The notes: generated by a model from the sequence alone, not told the origin. 64,000 bases of DNA from Myxococcales bacterium (GCA_023248545.1 JAHFEF010000011.1:162-64161), one strand, 5' to 3'. Positions 18,913 to 30,048 are shown, counted from the first letter of the stretch. Translations and numbers: made by a program.

Positions 18913-19374
18913 ATGCTCTCCGCCGAAGAAAAATCAGAAATCGACCACGAAATCACCAAATTTCCGGTTCGACGCTCGGCATGTCTAGAAGCTCTGGCTG
19001 TCGTTCAAAGGCACCGAGGCTGGGTCTCCGATGACACCCTCAAAGCCGTCGCCGACTATGTCGGCATGTCTGCCACTGAATTGGATGGCATCGCAACGTT
19101 TTATAACCTGATCTACCGAAAGCCCGTCGGCAAAAAAGTCGTTCGAATTTGTGACAGCGTGAGTTGTTTTATCATGGGGTATGACAAGATTAGATCCAAA
19201 ATAGAACAAGAACTCGGCATTCAGCTCGGCCAAACAACACCAGACCAAGAATTCACACTCCTGCCAACACCCTGTCTTGGTACCTGTGACCATGCCCCAG
19301 CGCTCATGATCAATGACTCATTGCATCGGGACTTGAATGAAGATAACGTGGCCCAGATTTTGAGACATGAATAA
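18913..19374 (+). CDS. nuoE: NADH-quinone oxidoreductase subunit E
   Basis: ATFYN, ICDSVSC, CLGTCDHAP. Confidence 0.97.
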   Translation: MLSAEEKSEIDHEITKFPVRRSACLEALAVVQRHRGWVSDDTLKAVADYVGMSATELDGIATFYNLIYRKPVGKKVVRICDSVSCFIMGYDKIRSKIEQELGIQLGQTTPDQEFTLLPTPCLGTCDHAPALMINDSLHRDLNEDNVAQILRHE

Positions 19375-20632
19375 GCCACTGACAGGACATATTCGCACCG
19401 ACGGCGAAGCTATTTGGATCGATGACTATTTGAAGCTGGGCGGCTATCAAAGCCTGTCGGTTATTTCTAAAATGCTCCCGCAAGACGTCACCAAACTAAT
19501 TAACGACTCCGGCCTCATGGGCCGAGGTGGCGCAGGCGTCAGCACTGGTTTTAAAATGGCCGCCGTACCGATGGGTGAAAAAGCCGCTACGCCCAAATAC
19601 TTGATTTGCAACGCCGATGAAATGGAGCCTGGAACGTTCAAAGATCGTTGGCTGCTCGAAGGCAACCCACACCAACTGATCGAAGGCATGTTGGTATCAG
19701 CTTATGCCATCGAAGCCAGTGTGGCTTATATTTTTGTGCGCGGCGAGTACAAACTGGCCATCAAGCGCTTAGAACAGGCCGTGAAAGAGGCCTATTCGAA
19801 AGGATTTTTGGGACAGAGCCTTGACATGCATGTCCACCCCAGTGCAGGGCGCTATATCTGTGGCGAAGAGACAGCGCTCATGAATGCTCTCGAAGGCAAG
19901 CGCGCAACTCCCCGTTCCAAACCCCCATTTCCACCCGCAATTGGCGTGTGGGGCAAGCCAACACTGATTAATAACGTCGAGACACTCTGCAACCTGCCTC
20001 ATATCTTAAACCACGGTATTGATTGGTACAAAGCACTTTCAAAGGGCGTCAATGCGGGAACTAAAATTTATGGCGTCAGTGGCCATGTTAAGAAGCCGGG
20101 CGCTTGGGAGCTCCCCATGGGAACCACCGCTCGTGAACTCCTGGAAGTCCATGCCGGTGGCATGAAAGATGGCTATGAATTTAAAGCTTTATTGCCCGGT
20201 GGAGCATCGACAGACTTTTGGCTTGAAGATAAACTCGACACGCCTATGGACTTCGCCTCGACGGCTAAAATCGGCACCCGCATGGGAACAGGTACGATGA
20301 TTGTTCTCGATGACAAAACCTGCCCCATCGGAATGCTCTTGTCGCTGGAGAAATTTTTCAAGCAAGAATCCTGTGGCTGGTGCACCCCCTGCAGAGACGG
20401 CTTGTCTTGGGTGGCTGAGATATTAAGCGCTTTTGAGCGAGGCGATGGCCGAGAAGCTGATATTGCCCAACTGGAACGCCACGCCAGATTGCTCGGCCCG
20501 GGCAGCACGTTTTGCGCGCTCGCACCTGGTGCCGCCTCGCCACTTGCCACTGGCCTTAAGTATTTCAAAGACGAGTTTTTAAGACACATCCAAGAAAAAA
20601 GCTGCCCCTATGCCAACCATCTTCATCGATAA
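19367..20632 (+). CDS. nuoF: NADH-quinone oxidoreductase subunit F
   Basis: GRGGAG, NADEMEPGTFKDR, YICGEETAL, ESCGWCTPCRDG. Confidence 0.98.
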   Translation: MNKPLTGHIRTDGEAIWIDDYLKLGGYQSLSVISKMLPQDVTKLINDSGLMGRGGAGVSTGFKMAAVPMGEKAATPKYLICNADEMEPGTFKDRWLLEGNPHQLIEGMLVSAYAIEASVAYIFVRGEYKLAIKRLEQAVKEAYSKGFLGQSLDMHVHPSAGRYICGEETALMNALEGKRATPRSKPPFPPAIGVWGKPTLINNVETLCNLPHILNHGIDWYKALSKGVNAGTKIYGVSGHVKKPGAWELPMGTTARELLEVHAGGMKDGYEFKALLPGGASTDFWLEDKLDTPMDFASTAKIGTRMGTGTMIVLDDKTCPIGMLLSLEKFFKQESCGWCTPCRDGLSWVAEILSAFERGDGREADIAQLERHARLLGPGSTFCALAPGAASPLATGLKYFKDEFLRHIQEKSCPYANHLHR

Positions 20633-22718
20633 CAAGCCCTATAACGTGCAACCAGGTCAAAACGTGTTACACGCGGCGGTTTCACATGGCTTAAATCTGC
20701 CTTATTTTTGTTGGCACCCAGCATTGGGCTCTGCCGGAGCCTGTCGACAATGTGCGGTTCAGCACTTCAAAGATGAGTCAGACACCCAAGGCCGTATGGT
20801 CATGTCCTGCATGACAGCGGCCACAGAGGGATCCCGCTTTTCAATCAACCACCCCACGGCCAAATCTTTTAGAGCCGATATTATCGAATGGATGATGACC
20901 AATCACCCGCATGATTGTCCCGTTTGCGATGAAGGCGGTGAGTGTCACCTTCAAGACATGACCGTCATGACCGGTCACAATAAACGCCGATATCGGTTCA
21001 AAAAAAGAACTTTTGAAAATCAAGATCTAGGCCCGCATATTAATCATGAGATGAACCGCTGTATCACGTGCTATCGCTGCGTGCGTTATTACAGAGACGT
21101 TGCCGGTGGTGAAGATTTGCACGCGTTTTCAGCCAGCAACAAAGTCTATTTTGGGCGCTTCGAAGATGGGCCATTAGACAGTGAATTCAGTGGCAACTTG
21201 GTCGAAGTCTGCCCAACCGGCGTTTTCACGGACAAAACTTTTAGAGCTTATTATAGTCGTAAATGGGATTTGCAAACTGCGCCGTCGATTTGCCAAAATT
21301 GCAGCCTGGGGTGCAATATCAGCCCCGGCGAGCGTTTGGGCACTCTTAGGCGTGTCCAAAACAGATTTCATCCTGAAATTAACGGCTACTTTTTGTGCGA
21401 TAAAGGCCGCTTTGGACATCGATTTGTCAACGAGAAAAATCAAGTCAAGGTGGTCCATCCCATTGGCCCACTGATCAAAGAAGGCCTCATGATTGGCATT
21501 GGCAGCCCGCGGGCGTCGCTGGAAGCTAATTATGCGCTGCGCAAACTCGTCGGCGCCGATAATTTTTACGATGGTCATACCGAACTCGAACACAGACTGC
21601 TGTCTAAAATCATGGAGATTTTAAGTCAGCACCCTGAAACAGCCTCTCTTGAAGATGTTCGAAATGCTGACGCTGTGTTTATTTTAGGCGAAGATTTAAC
21701 TCAGACCGCCCCGATGCTGGCGTTATCAATTCGGCAGAATTTATACAAACGCGCTCAAGATGGAGCAGGCACCCAAGGCATCCCCGATTGGAATGACCTG
21801 GCCATCCGAAATGCCCAGCCTGAGTTACCCAAAGTAGTTTATTTGGCCCATGACATACCGACCAAACTGGATCCGCTGGTAACGCATAAGATCAGCACGG
21901 ACTTGGAAAGCATTCAAGATTGGATTCCGGCGTTGAAAGCCGCCAAAAACCCCGTGATTATCGCCGGGACGAGCTTAGGCTCAGAGCCGCTCATTCGCAT
22001 GAGCATCGAACTGCGCAAAATGGCGCCGCAGGCAAAGCTTTGTTATGTGCTGCCAGCAGCCAACAGCTTTGGGTTGATGTTGTTGAAACCAAAAAGTACG
22101 CCCCTCTTGACGCACAGAGGGGAGACGGCGATTGTACTGGAAAATAATCTACCCTTGAGCACACTCAGTCATTTGCATAATATCATCGCCATTGATTTTC
22201 TAGAAAGTGAAACAACTAAAAATGCCACGTTGGCACTTGGTTGTGGCAGCTTTGCCGAAACAACTGGCAGCATGGTGAACAACGAAGGCCGTGCACAGCG
22301 CTATTATTCTGTATTTGAACGTCGAGAACAGCGGCCGGAGAGCTGGCGTATTTTGAGAGATCTGGGGGATTTTAGCTGGCAGAATATCGATGAGCTTTGT
22401 GCTGAGTTTGCACAAGAATTTCCCATATTCGAACCCTTTCTGAAACAAGTTCACAACACCCAATTTAGAATCGACGGACAAAAAATCGCTAGGCAATCAC
22501 CCGAATTCAGTGGCCGAACGTCGATGTATACGAATATCAGCCTGCATGAACAAGCGCCTTTGCAAGATCCAGATTCGCCACTGGCCTACTCCATGGAAGG
22601 CTACCACGGAGACATGCCGCCGGACTTGGCTTCTTCGTATTGGAGACCCGGGTGGAACTCCGTTTCGGCGTTTAACAGTCTTTCACATGCCACCAGTGGA
22701 GTTAAACTAAAGCCGTGA
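20610..22718 (+). CDS. nuoG: NADH-quinone oxidoreductase subunit G
   Basis: FCWHP, CRQC, HPHDCPVCDEGGEC, RCITCYRC, CQNCSLGC, LCDKGRF. Confidence 0.97.
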   Translation: MPTIFIDNKPYNVQPGQNVLHAAVSHGLNLPYFCWHPALGSAGACRQCAVQHFKDESDTQGRMVMSCMTAATEGSRFSINHPTAKSFRADIIEWMMTNHPHDCPVCDEGGECHLQDMTVMTGHNKRRYRFKKRTFENQDLGPHINHEMNRCITCYRCVRYYRDVAGGEDLHAFSASNKVYFGRFEDGPLDSEFSGNLVEVCPTGVFTDKTFRAYYSRKWDLQTAPSICQNCSLGCNISPGERLGTLRRVQNRFHPEINGYFLCDKGRFGHRFVNEKNQVKVVHPIGPLIKEGLMIGIGSPRASLEANYALRKLVGADNFYDGHTELEHRLLSKIMEILSQHPETASLEDVRNADAVFILGEDLTQTAPMLALSIRQNLYKRAQDGAGTQGIPDWNDLAIRNAQPELPKVVYLAHDIPTKLDPLVTHKISTDLESIQDWIPALKAAKNPVIIAGTSLGSEPLIRMSIELRKMAPQAKLCYVLPAANSFGLMLLKPKSTPLLTHRGETAIVLENNLPLSTLSHLHNIIAIDFLESETTKNATLALGCGSFAETTGSMVNNEGRAQRYYSVFERREQRPESWRILRDLGDFSWQNIDELCAEFAQEFPIFEPFLKQVHNTQFRIDGQKIARQSPEFSGRTSMYTNISLHEQAPLQDPDSPLAYSMEGYHGDMPPDLASSYWRPGWNSVSAFNSLSHATSGVKLKP

Positions 22719-23650
22719 CGCTATTTTTGATTCCAATTTGCATGCTCTTGGGACCCATTACGATCGCGTCGCTGTTGGTGTGGGGTGAACGACGGTTATT
22801 AGCACTGTTTCAAGAACGCCATGGGCCTAATCGAATTGGAATTCTTGGCCTCGGGCAACTGCCCGCCGATATTCTCAAAATGTTCTTCAAGCAAGATTGG
22901 ATTCCGCCATTTGCAGACAAGTTTGTATTTGTACTCGCACCGGCGATTATTATGAGCACCAGCTTGCTCTCTTTCATGGTGATTCCAGCCGCACCTGGAT
23001 TTGTCGTACTGGATTCTGAAATAGGCCTATTGATTTTCTTGGCCCTCTCTTCGTTGGGTGCCTATTCGGTTGTTTTGGCAGGCTGGTCGTCGAACAACAA
23101 GTATGCGCTCCTAGGAGGACTCAGAGCGGCTGGCCAAATGTTAGGCTACGAAGTTTTTATGGGGCTGAGTATTATGGGTGTCGCTGCCCGCGCAGGTTCT
23201 TTCAATCTCAGCAAAATAGTCGAATCACAAACTGGTTGTTGGAATATCCTGCCGCAAATACTGGGCTTCGTGATTTTTTATATTGCCGCGTTGGCTGAAA
23301 CGCATCGAACGCCGTTTGACCTGGCTGAAGCCGAAAGTGAACTGGTCGCCGGGTTTCACGCCGAATACAGTGGCCTCAAATTTGGCATGTTTTTTGTGGG
23401 CGAATACGTCGGCGTAACGCTCATGTCTGCCATGATGACCGTTTTATTTTTGGGCGGGTGGCAGGGGCCGTTGTTGCCCCCTGTTGTTTGGTTCACAATT
23501 AAAACTTGCCTCTTAATTTGCAGCTTTGTTTTAGTTCGGGGAACTTTGCCGAGGCTACGCTATGACCAGCTGATCGTGATGGGTTGGAAATACCTATTGC
23601 CACTGGCTTTGTTTAATTTGCTCGTTACCGCCGGGGTTATTTTATGGTGA
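22715..23650 (+). CDS. nuoH: NADH-quinone oxidoreductase subunit H
   Basis: [43 protein letters not shown]. Confidence 0.97.
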   Translation: MTLFLIPICMLLGPITIASLLVWGERRLLALFQERHGPNRIGILGLGQLPADILKMFFKQDWIPPFADKFVFVLAPAIIMSTSLLSFMVIPAAPGFVVLDSEIGLLIFLALSSLGAYSVVLAGWSSNNKYALLGGLRAAGQMLGYEVFMGLSIMGVAARAGSFNLSKIVESQTGCWNILPQILGFVIFYIAALAETHRTPFDLAEAESELVAGFHAEYSGLKFGMFFVGEYVGVTLMSAMMTVLFLGGWQGPLLPPVVWFTIKTCLLICSFVLVRGTLPRLRYDQLIVMGWKYLLPLALFNLLVTAGVILW

Positions 23651-24159
23651 GCATTTTAAAAGGCCTGTGGCTCGTTTTTAAACATGCTTTTAACAAGCCT
23701 GTCACGGTACAATATCCAGAAGAAAAGCCCAAATTATCCCCTAGATATCGGGGCCGAATTATTTTAACACGGGACCCAGATGGTGCCGAGCGTTGCGTAG
23801 CCTGCTATCTGTGTTCGAGTGTTTGTCCTGTGGAGTGTATCTCGCTGCAAGCCACTGAAGATGAAACGGGTCGAAGATACCCCAAGACTTTTAGGATTAA
23901 TTTTTCACGCTGCATTTATTGCGGCCTGTGCGAAGAGGCTTGCCCAACCACGGCGATTCAGCTAACGCCTGACTTCGAAATGGCTGAATATCGGCGCGAA
24001 AACATGGTGTATGAAAAAGAGCATTTACTCATATCTGGCCCCGGAAAATACCCAGGCTATAATTTTTACAAAGTAGCTGGGTTGTCTATCGGTGGCAAAG
24101 CCAAAGGCGAGGCCTTAAACGAGAATCCTCCTGTAGACCTCAGGAGCCTCATGCCATGA
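23644..24159 (+). CDS. nuoI: NADH-quinone oxidoreductase subunit I
   Basis: Two 4Fe-4S motifs: [12 protein letters not shown] and [12 protein letters not shown]. Confidence 0.98.
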   Translation: MVSILKGLWLVFKHAFNKPVTVQYPEEKPKLSPRYRGRIILTRDPDGAERCVACYLCSSVCPVECISLQATEDETGRRYPKTFRINFSRCIYCGLCEEACPTTAIQLTPDFEMAEYRRENMVYEKEHLLISGPGKYPGYNFYKVAGLSIGGKAKGEALNENPPVDLRSLMP

Positions 24160-24602
24160 GTTTGTTTTATGTGGCCTCGACAATTGCAATCGTGGCGACT
24201 TTCATGGCCATGATTTCACGCCATGCTGTGCATGCTTTGTTGTATTTTGTACTATCTGCCCTGGCCTTAAGTTTGGTCATCTATGACCTGGGTGCACCCT
24301 TTGCGGCAGTATTAGAAGTGATTATTTATGCCGGCGCTATTATGGTGCTGTTTGTATTTGTGGTCATGCTGCTCAACCCAAGTCGGGATTTGAATCGGAA
24401 AAGCTTGCTGCTGCCGGGTTTGTTGGGTTTGGGATTGGTGGCGGAGCTTTGCTGGAAGAACCTCACCCCCGCCTTCGCCAAGGCTTCGGCGGGCACGCCC
24501 ATTATGATCGCATTGTTCCAAGAATATGGGACGCTGGTTGAATTGGTGTCGTTCTTATTACTGGCTGGCCTGCTGGCAGCCTATCGCATAGGTAAAAAAT
24601 GA
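24156..24602 (+). CDS. nuoJ: NADH-quinone oxidoreductase subunit J
   Basis: [28 protein letters not shown]; operon position. Confidence 0.93.
   Translation: MSLFYVASTIAIVATFMAMISRHAVHALLYFVLSALALSLVIYDLGAPFAAVLEVIIYAGAIMVLFVFVVMLLNPSRDLNRKSLLLPGLLGLGLVAELCWKNLTPAFAKASAGTPIMIALFQEYGTLVELVSFLLLAGLLAAYRIGKK
24468..24499 (+). repeat. REP-like palindromic repeat inside nuoJ
   Basis: CCCGCC-TTCGCCAAGGCTTC-GGCGGG-CACGCC. Confidence 0.8.
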
Positions 24603-24871
24603 ACGAAATATTAGTGGTATCCAGTATTTTGTTTGGTTTGGGTGCGTTTGGCGTTGTGCTGAGGCGCAATTTGTTATTTATCTTGCTGGGCATCGAAGTT
24701 ATGTTGAACGCCGCTGCGTTTGCATTCGTGGGCATTGCTTGCAAGCTGGGCCAGGTCGATGGCCAGGTCATGTTTTTGCTGATTGCATCGGTTGCGGCTG
24801 CTGAAATAGGCATTGGTTTGGCGCTCTTAATGGCATATGACCGGATTTTTAAGACGATCGATTTAGGTTAA
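24599..24871 (+). CDS. nuoK: NADH-quinone oxidoreductase subunit K
   Basis: RRNLL...IEVMLNAA...VAAAEIGIGLAL. Confidence 0.95.
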   Translation: MNEILVVSSILFGLGAFGVVLRRNLLFILLGIEVMLNAAAFAFVGIACKLGQVDGQVMFLLIASVAAAEIGIGLALLMAYDRIFKTIDLG

Positions 24872-24874
24872 CCT

Positions 24875-26698
24875 ATGCAATTGGCCATCATACCCGCGCT
24901 CCCAATTATTGTTTCAGCCCTGCTGGCGCTGTTTGGCGATCGGTTTTCGAAAAAGCTTGCGTCGTGGCTGGGCGTTCTGGGAATTGGCTTGTCTTTTGTG
25001 GCGGCGCTTGGGGTCGTCCTGTTTCTATTTACGGGTTCTAAAGACTTTCAAGCCTATCGTGAAATCTTATGGACCTGGATTCCGTTTTATTCGTCTGAAC
25101 TAGACACAGCGACGATTCAAATGGCATTTTATTTGGATGCCTTGTCAGCCGTGATGCTCATGGTCGTGACTTTTATCTCTAGTTTAATCGCCATTTTTTC
25201 GGTGGCATTTATGGAAGACGACGCTGAAGTCAGCTGGTTTTTCGCCTGCATGAACTTGTTTGTAGGCATGATGCTGATTTTGGTCTTGGCAGATAATTTT
25301 CTGGTCTTATTTTTGGGCTGGGAAGGCGTTGGGCTCACCAGTTATTTATTAATCGGATTTTGGCGCAATGATATTTTAAATGGCCGTGCGGCTACCAAGG
25401 CGTTTATTACAACACGAATTGGCGACGTGTGTTTGCTATTTGGGATTTTCTTGGTATTTTCGAGTTTTGGCACGCTGAATATTCAAGAAGTTTTGGATCT
25501 GGCCGACGCCAATTGGCCTGTTGGTTCACTGATTGCGACGCTAACAGCTTTATGTTTTCTCGGTGGAGCCGTGGGTAAATCGGCTCAGCTGCCCCTGCAA
25601 ACTTGGTTGGCTGACGCCATGCGTGGACCGACGCCGGTCAGTGCGCTGATTCACGCGGCTACGATGGTGACTGCGGGTGTGTATTTGATCGCTCGTGTCG
25701 GAACCATTTTTGCGCTGTCTCCCATCGCTTCTGCAGCAGTCATGTGGGTTGGGGCAGCAACTCTCGTGATGGCCGGTATTGCAGCATTGCTGCAAAATGA
25801 TTTAAAACGCATCCTAGCTTACTCGACGATGAGTCAGTTGGGTTACATGTTCTTAGCTCTGGGTGCGGGGGCTTATTCAGCCGCAATTTTTCACTTAGCC
25901 ACACATGCTTGTTTTAAAGCGCTGTTATTTTTAGGTGCCGGCGTGATTGGGTACTTATTTCACCATGAGTATAGCCTCACTAAAATCAGCAATCTGCGTT
26001 ATCAGTTCCCGTTGATATTCTGGGTGTTTTTAATTGGATTGGGATCTTTGACGGCGTTGCCATTGATAACAGCCGGATTTTACAGCAAAGAATTAATTTT
26101 ATCTGAGGTGTTTTTGTCGAAACAGGGCGGCCTATTGCCCTGGGCCATCGGAGCGTTTGGTGCGTTGTTGACGGGGGCCTATTCAGGAAGATTATTTTGG
26201 TTGTTGTTCGCGCCTTCTGGCCTGTCCGCCGTAGCCTCAGCGAAGGCGGAAGAGGGAAGAAGCATAGGCAGGTGTATGGGATTGCCATTGTCTATCTTGG
26301 CCATCCTGTCGCTCACAACCGGGTTTTTACCAATTGCCAGCTTTGCAAATCGCACTGTCTTGGCACCGGTCTTAACTTCCGAAAATCATATTTGGAAGCT
26401 CGAAATAATCGCCACAGTACTTGGAATCCTTGGAATCTTGATTGGCACACGCGTCAAAATCTGGAAAACCATGCCTCAGTTCGACGCTCTATACGAGGGC
26501 ATTTTTACAAAACCCTACAGCACGATCTCGCTGTTTATGCGAGCTGACCCCATTCGCGCGGTTTATAGGCTGTTTGTTTTATTGGCTGGTTTTTTCCAGT
26601 ATCTGCTTGCCAGGCTCCAGACAGGTCATCTGTCACACTATGTCACCGCGCTGGTCATCGCTGTCATATTGATTTTAGGCTATAGGATGTTTTCATGA
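24875..26698 (+). CDS. nuoL: NADH-quinone oxidoreductase subunit L
   Basis: GWEGVGL, GKSAQLPLQTWLADAM.GPTPVSALIHAATMVTAG, HACFKALLFL. Confidence 0.97.
   Translation: MQLAIIPALPIIVSALLALFGDRFSKKLASWLGVLGIGLSFVAALGVVLFLFTGSKDFQAYREILWTWIPFYSSELDTATIQMAFYLDALSAVMLMVVTFISSLIAIFSVAFMEDDAEVSWFFACMNLFVGMMLILVLADNFLVLFLGWEGVGLTSYLLIGFWRNDILNGRAATKAFITTRIGDVCLLFGIFLVFSSFGTLNIQEVLDLADANWPVGSLIATLTALCFLGGAVGKSAQLPLQTWLADAMRGPTPVSALIHAATMVTAGVYLIARVGTIFALSPIASAAVMWVGAATLVMAGIAALLQNDLKRILAYSTMSQLGYMFLALGAGAYSAAIFHLATHACFKALLFLGAGVIGYLFHHEYSLTKISNLRYQFPLIFWVFLIGLGSLTALPLITAGFYSKELILSEVFLSKQGGLLPWAIGAFGALLTGAYSGRLFWLLFAPSGLSAVASAKAEEGRSIGRCMGLPLSILAILSLTTGFLPIASFANRTVLAPVLTSENHIWKLEIIATVLGILGILIGTRVKIWKTMPQFDALYEGIFTKPYSTISLFMRADPIRAVYRLFVLLAGFFQYLLARLQTGHLSHYVTALVIAVILILGYRMFS
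26219..26250 (-). repeat. REP-like palindromic repeat inside nuoL (reverse orientation)
   Basis: Reverse complement reads TCCGCC-TTCGCTGAGGCTAC-GGCGGA-CAGGCC. Confidence 0.8.
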
Positions 26699-28080
26699 TA
26701 TTGCTGCTGTTGCTGATAATCCCCCTGCTGGGCGGCGTGTTGGGCCTACTTTGGCAGCGCAGAGCGAGCTCACTCTCAGCTTTCAGCATTGCGAGCGTGT
26801 TCGCACTCACGCTGTATGCCTATTTCTGGGGTGAATCTCGGACCGGCCTTGAAGATTTTTGGCTGTTAGAGTTTAAGGCGGATTGGTTTTACTTAGGACT
26901 CGATGGTCTGTCTTTTGTGCTGTTGCTTACCTCTGAAATTATGGCCGGGCTGGCGCTGGTACTCAGCTTCGATAAACCCAAGGAGCAGTTTTTCTTACTC
27001 ACGACGGTGTCTGGCTTAATCGGATTGTTGCTGTCGATTGACTTGCTTTCTTTCTTTGTGTTCTGGGAGCTCATGCTGGTGCCCGTGTATTTTTGGGTGC
27101 TGCTTTATGGCAAGGAGCGAAAAATATTTGCAGCGCTGCAATTTATTATTTTTACGCAATTAAGTGGCCTTATTTTGCTGGCTTCTATCATTGCTTTGTT
27201 TAACTACACTGGCACACTCGATATTAATCAGCTGAGCGGCATCCAACTTCCAGCAGGGCCTGAATTCTGGATCGCGTCGGGGTTCACGCTGGCGTTTTTG
27301 ATCAAGTTGCCGGCATTTCCATTGCACACATGGATGCCGAGCTTGTTTAGAGATGCACCGATTCCGGCCATCCTAGTTGGCCTACTCATTAAGACAGGTG
27401 CTTATGGTTTATTGCGTTTTGTGTTGCCCTTATTTCCACAAAGTGCGCAAGTGCTTGCTCCATTCATGATGTTTCTGGGAGGCATCGGCGTGATTTATGG
27501 TGCTGTATTGGCTTTCTCACAAAAAAATCCACGCAAAGTCCTCGCTTTCTCGACGTTGAGCCATGCCAGCCTCATGCTCATGGGTTTGTTTAGCAATAAC
27601 TTGCTGGCGTTAAGTGGCGTGATTGTCCTGATACTTACACACGCACTGGCCAGCGCAGGGCTGTTTGTTGCGCTGGAAGCACACTTTGGGTTCAGTTTGT
27701 TTTTTGCCATGGCTCTGCTGGGGTTGCCCGGATTAGGTAACTTTGTCGGCGAGCTATTGTTGCTGTTTGGGCTTTTTCAACAGCATCCGTGGGCAGCAAT
27801 GATTGGAGCGACGAGCTTGGTACTCGGAGCTGCTTATATGCTGAGATTAATCATCCAGCTCTATTATGGGTCTGCAACCACCAACAGCCTCAAGAAATCG
27901 CCCGTACTGGCCTGTACTGGGGTTGCCATGATTTTGCTTTGGATAGGCCTGTCTCCGGCGCCGTTGCTCGACCTTGTTGTTCCAACCTGGAAGGATGAAA
28001 ACACAGAACCTAGCCAAGAGCCAGAGCCTGAACCGGGGCCTGGTGAAGAGCTTAGTTTGGAAGGAGCAGGCAACGCATGA
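26695..28080 (+). CDS. nuoM: NADH-quinone oxidoreductase subunit M
   Basis: FFVFWELMLVP, IKLPAFPLHTW, LGLPGLGNFVGE. Confidence 0.95.
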   Translation: MILLLLLIIPLLGGVLGLLWQRRASSLSAFSIASVFALTLYAYFWGESRTGLEDFWLLEFKADWFYLGLDGLSFVLLLTSEIMAGLALVLSFDKPKEQFFLLTTVSGLIGLLLSIDLLSFFVFWELMLVPVYFWVLLYGKERKIFAALQFIIFTQLSGLILLASIIALFNYTGTLDINQLSGIQLPAGPEFWIASGFTLAFLIKLPAFPLHTWMPSLFRDAPIPAILVGLLIKTGAYGLLRFVLPLFPQSAQVLAPFMMFLGGIGVIYGAVLAFSQKNPRKVLAFSTLSHASLMLMGLFSNNLLALSGVIVLILTHALASAGLFVALEAHFGFSLFFAMALLGLPGLGNFVGELLLLFGLFQQHPWAAMIGATSLVLGAAYMLRLIIQLYYGSATTNSLKKSPVLACTGVAMILLWIGLSPAPLLDLVVPTWKDENTEPSQEPEPEPGPGEELSLEGAGNA

Positions 28081-29171
28081 CGGCATTTGAATGGCTATTG
28101 GCCCCGATTGCACTGGGCATCACGGTTTTGCTCTTGCAGGCAGCTTTTGCTCGGTCCAACAGGGCATCGCTCGCGATCTCTGTCCTAAGTCTAGTCACCT
28201 CCTATTATTGGGGTCACAACTATTTTGATCAACTCATACTCATATCATCTGTCGCTGTTATTTTCTTCGCGTGTCTCAAAGAAGGATCCAGCGAAGAGTT
28301 TAAGATTTTGATCTTGCTCAGCACCTTGGGAGCTCTCACCTGTATTCACAGCGATAATTGGATGAATTTGTTTGTGGGCATCGAATTGCTCACACTCCCC
28401 ATTTATGGGCTGATTGCTTGGGATGCGCATAATTCTAAGAATATTCAGGCTGCGATTAAATATTTGGTCTTGGCTGGTGGGTCGTCGGCTTTTTTGCTTT
28501 TAGGCATGGCATTTTTATACGCTGAGCCAGGCTCGATGGCGTTGCAACTTGGCAGTGCCAAAGGCTCTTTGTTGCTCTTTGTAGGCATTGGCTTTAAATT
28601 AAGCTTAGCGCCGTTTCACCTGTGGACTGGCGATGTCTATGAAGACGCGCCCTTGCCAGTTACCGGCTTTTTGGCAACGGTCTCCAAGATCGCGTTGGTG
28701 GGTGTTCTTGTCCATGTAAACCCCACCCAAGCGGTCACGCCTGTCCTGAGCGCCATGGCAATTCTTTCGATGATCGCTGGAAGTTTGTTGACTCTGCGGC
28801 AACAAAACATGAGCCGATTTTTAGGGTACTCGTCTATTGCTCACATGGGTTATATTTTGGTTGCGTGGTTGGTCGGTGGAAACATAGGTTTTTACCTAGC
28901 GGCTTACACCGTGACTCTCTTGCTCATATTCTGGATGCTGTCTTGGAACCCTGAAAGCAAAGCAGGTTCTCTCGGGCTGGTTTTTGGTTTTCTGTCGCTC
29001 ATGGGCCTGCCTATTCTGCCTATTTTCTGGGGGAAATATCAAATTTTGCTCACCGCCTTTAGCAGCGAACACTGGTGGTTATTTGGCGTCTTTGTGTTTT
29101 CGAGTTTGATTGGCGTCTATGGTTATGCTCGCTTGATTGCGAGAGTTTGTTTGAGGAGTGTTCAGGCATGA
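28077..29171 (+). CDS. nuoN: NADH-quinone oxidoreductase subunit N (short)
   Basis: AAIKYLV, GFKLSLAPFHLW..DVY, RFLGYSSIAHMGY. Confidence 0.93.
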   Translation: MTAFEWLLAPIALGITVLLLQAAFARSNRASLAISVLSLVTSYYWGHNYFDQLILISSVAVIFFACLKEGSSEEFKILILLSTLGALTCIHSDNWMNLFVGIELLTLPIYGLIAWDAHNSKNIQAAIKYLVLAGGSSAFLLLGMAFLYAEPGSMALQLGSAKGSLLLFVGIGFKLSLAPFHLWTGDVYEDAPLPVTGFLATVSKIALVGVLVHVNPTQAVTPVLSAMAILSMIAGSLLTLRQQNMSRFLGYSSIAHMGYILVAWLVGGNIGFYLAAYTVTLLLIFWMLSWNPESKAGSLGLVFGFLSLMGLPILPIFWGKYQILLTAFSSEHWWLFGVFVFSSLIGVYGYARLIARVCLRSVQA

Positions 29172-30043
29172 TGCGCGTTTTAGGCTTAGGCCTCGTGTTG
29201 ATTTTTGGGTGTTCGAGCAAAAAAGAAGCTCCCGCATCAACCACCCCAAAGCCACAAATTACTCACTTCCAAGCTGTTTCAGTAGCTGGATTAACAGCCG
29301 AGCAGCAATCTGGCTTTGTGAAGTTGGTCAATGACGAAATTTGTCCCTGCAATTGCCCACAATCTTTTGCAGCTTGTCTAGACACCTGCAAACCCGCAAC
29401 TCTTCTGGCGCGCTGGATCATTGAGCGCCTCAAAGAGGGTGTTCCTATGGAGCTCATGGCCCCTGCGCTGAGCCAAGAGATCAACTCAGGTTTTAGCTCC
29501 AATCCCCAAATCATTGATTTAGAAGGCTTCAGCTCAAAAGGCTCGGTCAAAGCTCCATTCACGGTGATCGAGTTTGCAGATTTCGAATGCGCTCATTGCA
29601 AAACAACAGCCCAGTCGCTGGATGCGTTTTTAAAAAAATATCCCAAAGAAATCAGATTGGTTTACAAACACTTTCCATTGGAAGCCCACCCCTTCGCCAA
29701 AGGCGCTGGTCTTGCTGCTGAAGCCGCCGGAATGCAAGGTAAATTCTGGCCCATGCATCAAGCGCTTTTTGAATCCAATACACCTCTGGACGGGCCCCAA
29801 ATCATGGCTCTGGCCCAAAAAATCGGGCTCAATCCAGCCCGTTTTAAGCAAGATCTCAGCAATTCTAAAGTAATCGCTCGGGTAGAGCACAGCTTAAGAG
29901 AGGGCCAACTCCTTGGAATTACAGGAACTCCAGCCCTATTTTTCAATGGTCGGCCCTATTATTTGTCTACCGATATCAAGGGGTTAGAGCTGAGACTGGC
30001 CATGGAAAAAGCACGGGCACAGGCAACTTGTGATAAACTCTAA
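29168..30043 (+). CDS. DsbA-like thioredoxin-domain lipoprotein
   Basis: Lipobox-like IFGC; EFADFECAHC; YKHFPL; GITGTP; N-terminal CPCNC..C..C domain. Confidence 0.88.
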   Translation: MMRVLGLGLVLIFGCSSKKEAPASTTPKPQITHFQAVSVAGLTAEQQSGFVKLVNDEICPCNCPQSFAACLDTCKPATLLARWIIERLKEGVPMELMAPALSQEINSGFSSNPQIIDLEGFSSKGSVKAPFTVIEFADFECAHCKTTAQSLDAFLKKYPKEIRLVYKHFPLEAHPFAKGAGLAAEAAGMQGKFWPMHQALFESNTPLDGPQIMALAQKIGLNPARFKQDLSNSKVIARVEHSLREGQLLGITGTPALFFNGRPYYLSTDIKGLELRLAMEKARAQATCDKL

Positions 30044-30048
30044 TATGA

